Shown: one piece after another, positions 60,320-64,000 of the stretch
Layout: each line of letters begins with the position of its first letter
Numbering within the stretch: the stretch's first letter is position 1
NCBI RefSeq assembly: GCF_009834535.1
Contig: NC_045697.1
Location: 37,574,001 to 37,638,000 of the forward strand
Source: Camelus ferus
Taxonomy: Eukaryota
Direction of reading: 5' to 3'
DNA length: 64,000 nucleotides
Made by a program: the position numbers and the translations under genes
The notes under the pieces: model-generated
The model's input: only the letters and a program-made list of their open reading frames with translations
What the model was told of the DNA's origin: nothing
Databases searched by the model: none

Positions 60320-62790
60320 CCCCTCCCCTTCCTTTTTTTGTACATTTAATGTTGGATCTCGAATTAAAATCCTCAGCTTATGATGCATCATCTCCATTGA
60401 GCTGTGGGGCTCCTTTCCATACCTTTCTGGCATGTGTGTAATTATATATTTCTCGTGAAACAAATATTGATATCTAGTCTGCAGATATTTTTAATGTATG
60501 CAAATCATATCACACTGTATGCCTCATTCCGTCTCTCACTTTTTCACTCAGCACTCTGGTTTTGAGGTCTCTTCATGTTGCTACACTTATACCAAGTCTC
60601 GTTTAATGACTATATGATACTCTCCAGAGAGCATCCACCACAAATGCTTCCCCCGTCCTCCCAGTGAGGGACCCCTAATGGCCTCCACTTCCCTGAAAAA
60701 CAATAAACATCGTCGTATATGTCCCCTTATGGACCTTAGTCAGATTTTCTCTGGCAAGGACACCCAGATACCCTGCCCACGACAAACCTCTGGCTTCCCC
60801 AGCAGGATGGCTGGGTCAGAGGATAGGCTTCATCCTAATGCGACCAAGTTGGGCCAGTGGCTACCCAACATGGCTGCAACAGCCCACATGCCCACCAGCA
60901 GGACATGACATCCTCACCTCTGCACAGCACTTAGCATGAGCTCCTGCTTTGTAATCTGTGCTAATCCAATGTGTGTAAAAGGATAGCTTTTGTTCTAATT
61001 TGCATTTCTTGCAAACCTCAGTGAGCTGAGTATCTCATCATAACCGGATACCCTTTTATGTTTTCTCTTCTTATAAGTCAAATTAAAAAAAAAAATTTTA
61101 ATGGAGGTACTGGGGCTTGAACCCAGGACCTTGTGCATGCTTAACAAATGCTCTGCCACTGAGCTATACCCTCCCCTGATTCTTCTGACTGTATATTTGT
61201 CAGAATTCCCAAATTCCCTACCTGTTCTCTGTGACCTTTAACAATGGTTATTTTCATTGAACAGAAAAGCTTATTTGTGATGTAATCAAAACCATCAATT
61301 TTAGCCTCATAGTTTGTGCCTTGGGCTTTTGTTTGAGAAGTTTGCTCCCATCTCTGAGTCACAAGAATATTCTCCATGTATCCGTCTTCTATTAATGTTA
61401 CGTCTTTACCCTTTGTGTATCTACGTCTTGATCTAGCTCGAGTCCACCCATGTATGTGGTCTTAGGCAGGAATACAGTTCTCTCTCTGAGCCCCGTTGTG
61501 TTTCATTGGCCTATTTGTTCTTTCATCAGACCTGTACCACTTTATTACTGTGACTTTGTGGTCAGGCAAGTCCCCATTCCTCCACTCTTTGCTCTTCTTT
61601 TTTAAAGTTGACTTGGTTACTCATGGGTCGTTAAACTTCCTTTATCAGATTTACATAAAACTGTTGGGTTTCTAAAAAGAAAATCTGGCTGGAATTTCAT
61701 TGGGATCTCATTGAATTGATGGACTTCTTTGCTAAGAGCTGACATCTTTATTAAGTTATGCCATTTAGGAGCGTGGGATCACTCTTCATGTATTCACATC
61801 TTACTTGTATCTCTTAATACAGTTTCATGTTTTCTCCACTGAGATTCTAAGTAGTCATTTCTTAATAAAATTGTTTCAATAACTGTTGTTTTATAATACT
61901 TCTATATTTCTGGTAAATCTAGTTCCCCCTTCTTGTCCTTTTCTCTTCAGAATATTCCTAGCTAGTCTTTAAAGGAGCTTGTGTACTTATAACCTTCATA
62001 TAGATTTTGTTTTTGCAACTTGATGAATATTCCATCAGATGAATATTGCATACCCACATACCGGAGAGATCGCTAAGTGTTCTTTGATAAATTAGTCCCC
62101 AGGAACTTTATCCTTTTTGTTTCTGCTATGAAGCATATCCTATTTTTAAGAAATACATTTCTTATATCTATAGTTGTTACTGGTATAGAGAAACACTACC
62201 GATTTTTTAAGTTGTATCTGGCAACCTTGCTGATCTCTTATCTGTTCCAATAGTTGGTTGATTATTCTAATGGTTTTCTATATGGATGATCTTGTCAACA
62301 GCAAATGACAATTACTTCTTTTCCCTTCAAATCCTTTTGCCTGTTATTCAATTTCTTTTCTTCCAGGGCAGTTGCCCAGGACTCCCAATATTAAGTTAAA
62401 CAGCAGCAGTGAGAGTGAGCATCCTGTCTACTTCCCAGTCTTAGGTGGGTTCCTCTAGAATTTCTCCATCAAACATAATGTTTTCTGTAGATATTTGCCA
62501 TATGACCTTTCTAAAATAAGGATATTTCCTTCTAGATCTGATTTTCTAAGAGTATTTTATTTTTAATCATACATAATTATTGAATTTTATCAGTGCTTTT
62601 TATGGTTCTATTACAATAATTGTATAGTTTTTCTCCTTTAGTCTAATGTGGTAAGTTACATTGCTTGATTTTCTGATGTTGAATCATCCTTGCTTTCCTG
62701 GAGGTAAAAATTTCCTTAATAGTGTATTATCATTGTCATAATATAAATGATGATGATGATAAATTGATATAGTTAGATTGGCCTCACTAA
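60320..62790 (-). mobile_element. Old L1 (L1ME-like) fragments
   Basis: Reverse L1 motifs 'ttaatttgcatttct'-like, 'ctggaatttcattgggatctcattgaatt', 'tgtatctggcaaccttgctga', 'gtgagagtgagcatcct', 'gttgaatcatccttgc'. Confidence 0.8.
61096..61176 (-). mobile_element. Camelid tRNA-Ala SINE, short form, inserted in L1
   Basis: 'ggaggtactggggcttgaacccaggaccttgtgcatgcttaacaaatgctctgccactgagctataccctcccc'. Confidence 0.9.
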
Positions 62791-62804
62791 CATCTTCAAA
62801 GGCA

Positions 62805-63692
62805 TTTTTTTTAGAGCAGCTTTAGGCTCACAGCAAAATTGAGCAGAAAGTACAGCGTTCCCATATATCTCTTGCCTCTACACATGCATAGCCTCCCCCT
62901 CCCCCTGCCGATATCAACCCTCCCCCCTCACCCGCTGGAATGGTACACTTACTACAACTGATGAACACATATTGACCAATTGTAATCACCCTAAGTCCGC
63001 AGTTTACATTCTCGTTCACTCTTGGTGTTGTACATTCTGTGGGTTTGGACAAATGTATAATGACATGTATCCATGTATCCATCGTTACAGTCTCAAACAG
63101 AGTATTTTCACTGTCCTAAAACTCCTCTGTGCTCTGCCTGTGTATCTCCCCACTGCACCACAACCTCTGGCAACCACTGATCCTTCTACCATCTCACAGT
63201 TTTGCCTTTTCCAGGATGTCATAGAGTTGGAACCATACAGTCTGCAGCCTTCTCAGATTGGCGTCTTTCACTTAGCAATATACATTTAATGTCCCTCCAT
63301 GTTTTTTCATGGTTTGATAGCTTATTTCTTTTTAGTACTATGTAATATCCCATTGTTTGAATGTACCAAAATTTTATTTGTTCATTTACCTTTTAAAGGA
63401 CATTTTGGTTGCTTCCAAGTTTGGGCAATTATAAATGAAACAGCTATAAAACTCTGTGTGCTGGTTTTGTGTGGACATAAGTTTTCAACTCCTTTAGGTA
63501 AGTACCAGAAAGTACAAATGCTGAGTCATATGGTAAGAGTGTGTTTATAAGAAACCAACAAACTGTCTTCCAAAGTGGCCACAGTATTTTGCATTTCCAC
63601 CAGCAAAGAATGAGAGTTCCTATTGCTCCACATCCTTGCCAGTATTTGTTGTTATCATGTTCTGGATTTCGGCCATTCTTACAGGTGTGTAT
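62805..63692 (-). mobile_element. L1MC-type LINE-1 3' end
   Basis: 'ttttagagcagctttaggctcacagcaaaattgagcagaaagtacag...ccaaagtggccacagtattttgcatttccaccagcaaagaatgagagttcc'. Confidence 0.9.
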
Positions 63693-63795
63693 TGAAAATA
63701 TCTTTTTAACAAAGGAATAACCCTGCTCCCCTACTCAAAGTCTTCTGCTGCCTTCCCATCACAATTACACTCAAACTCCCTACCCATAGCCTGTT

Positions 63796-63898
63796 AGGAA
63801 AGTGACCATATAATTTATCTATCCAAACCAGGCAATTCTGAGACTAAATAGAGGCTCTATATGTAATGATGCCTGGAAAAATGGACATCTCACACCTA
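63796..63898. mobile_element. MER94-like hAT-Blackjack MITE
   Basis: 'agtgaccatataatttatctatccaaaccagg...aattctgag...cctggaaaaatggacat'. Confidence 0.6.
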
Positions 63899-64000
63899 AC
63901 CCTTTCCCTGATCCCTCAGCTCCAGCCACACTGGCCATGTTGCTATTTTCAATGGTTCCTACATTAAAGCTTTTACATGGCAAAAACTGGATAAGGATGT

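Overview
This is non-coding mammalian genomic DNA, very probably from a camelid (alpaca, llama or camel). It carries four copies of a tRNA-Ala-derived SINE matching the camelid Vic-1 type and young artiodactyl-type L1 3' ends; I recognised no Alu, Bov-A/tA or PRE-1 SINEs. I found no credible protein-coding gene: the ORFs in the track are short, and the only recognisable protein homologies are decayed L1 ORF2 and ERV-L integrase/dUTPase remnants. Much of the window is old interspersed repeat: MIR, L2, L1M, MaLR/MLT1, MLT2, ERVL LTRs, hAT MITEs and one ~1 kb Tigger2-family element with both TIRs. Between the repeats lie unique islands that look regulatory. The most notable are a CpG-rich, promoter-like segment at ~40.5-41.8 kb (E-boxes, a G-quadruplex motif, a plausible two-exon start), a cluster of NF-kB sites at 44.7-45.0 kb, an AP-1/CRE/SOX-rich island at ~28.7-29.0 kb, a solo ERV LTR with octamer and CCAAT arrays at 13.2-13.7 kb, and an ERV-L 3' remnant whose LTR carries a strong CTCF motif. 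The window reads as a gene desert or large intron with enhancers and possibly a lncRNA or alternative 5' UTR. I see no support for a wholly new biological system. Repeat family names are recalled from consensus sequences, and most repeat boundaries are approximate.
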